Shown piece by piece: positions 63,891 through 64,000 of a stretch of 64,000 nucleotides of DNA. The translations under genes and the position numbers were made by a program. This DNA comes from Minisyncoccota bacterium (GTDB taxonomy: Bacteria > Patescibacteriota > Minisyncoccia > Phycocordibacterales > UBA918). Under the pieces are notes generated by a model that saw nothing but the letters and a program-made list of their open reading frames with translations, did no database searches and had not been told where the DNA came from. The DNA lies in contig JBBDKG010000013.1 of NCBI GenBank assembly GCA_040879435.1, positions 18,271 to 82,270 of the forward strand, in the 5' to 3' direction. Position 1 is the first letter of the stretch. The number at the start of each line of letters is the position of its first letter.

Positions 63891-64000
63891 GATGATCAGT
63901 GGAATCAGAAAGTGGTGGATGCGTTCCGTCTGGAATGATGTGCGGCGGATGTATCGTACCTTCCCGTTCACTACGAAAGACTCCCACGAGAAACAGTGGC
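63891..64000 (+). CDS. partial ORF (N-terminus only), Trp/Arg-rich
   Basis: gggagatgacctcgATG; MISGIRKWWMRSVWNDVRRMYRTF...; the ORF runs off the window end. Confidence 0.2.

Noticed and set aside
1-64000. CRISPR arrays, transposases, integrases, phage genes
   Set aside because: No direct-repeat/spacer arrays and no recombinase-like ORFs were seen. The islands lack mobility genes.

Overview
This 64 kb window reads like a streamlined, roughly 55% GC bacterial genome with Candidate Phyla Radiation (Patescibacteria) character, though I cannot confirm that lineage assignment from sequence alone. Most of the window (about 12.2-35.9 kb, minus strand) is the universal ribosomal-protein super-cluster str-S10-spc, in the order rpsL-rpsG ... 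fusA ... tuf-rpsJ ... rplC-rplD-rplW-rplB ... rpsS-rplV-rpsC-rplP-rpmC-rpsQ-rplN-rplX-rplE ... rpsZ-rpsH-rplF-rplR-rpsE-rplO-secY, followed after a terminator and a convergent gene by adk-map-ndk. Three things about it are unusual.

- There is no L30 gene between rpsE and rplO.
- The cluster is interrupted at five junctions by cargo islands, each bounded by strong GC-hairpin/T-tract terminators. The junctions are S7|EF-G, EF-G|EF-Tu, S10|L3, L2|S19 and S14|L5.
- The cargo includes the following:
  - an orphan TAXI-type TRAP solute-binding protein with two small membrane proteins
  - a BTLCP transglutaminase-like cysteine protease
  - a membrane-anchored protein with ClpP-like motifs plus small ORFs preceded by Shine-Dalgarno sequences
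  - a NUDIX hydrolase with two membrane proteins
  - a CYTH / MliC-Gmad2 / DUF1801 trio

Elsewhere the window carries an ECF sigma factor and DUF5667 anti-sigma-like pair lying divergent to a SET-domain methyltransferase, and the infC-rpmI-rplT operon. There are two full-length NUDIX hydrolases plus a third partial ORF with weaker NUDIX-like character, and a beta-CASP RNase. ComEC is split into a membrane part and an MBL part, with a superoxide dismutase gene between them. Further genes include RNase HI, RecJ, a HIT protein, tpiA-pgk, a type IV pilus operon (pilB-pilC plus three prepilin-like genes), nusA, ppa, tig, clpP, rny, a PDT-only pheA and HU. I found no rRNA or tRNA genes, no CRISPR array, and no transposase or integrase. 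Core genes mostly lack Shine-Dalgarno sequences, whereas several cargo genes have consensus Shine-Dalgarno sequences and consensus sigma70 promoters.

All functional calls rest on recognisable motifs in the translated ORFs. I ran no database search.
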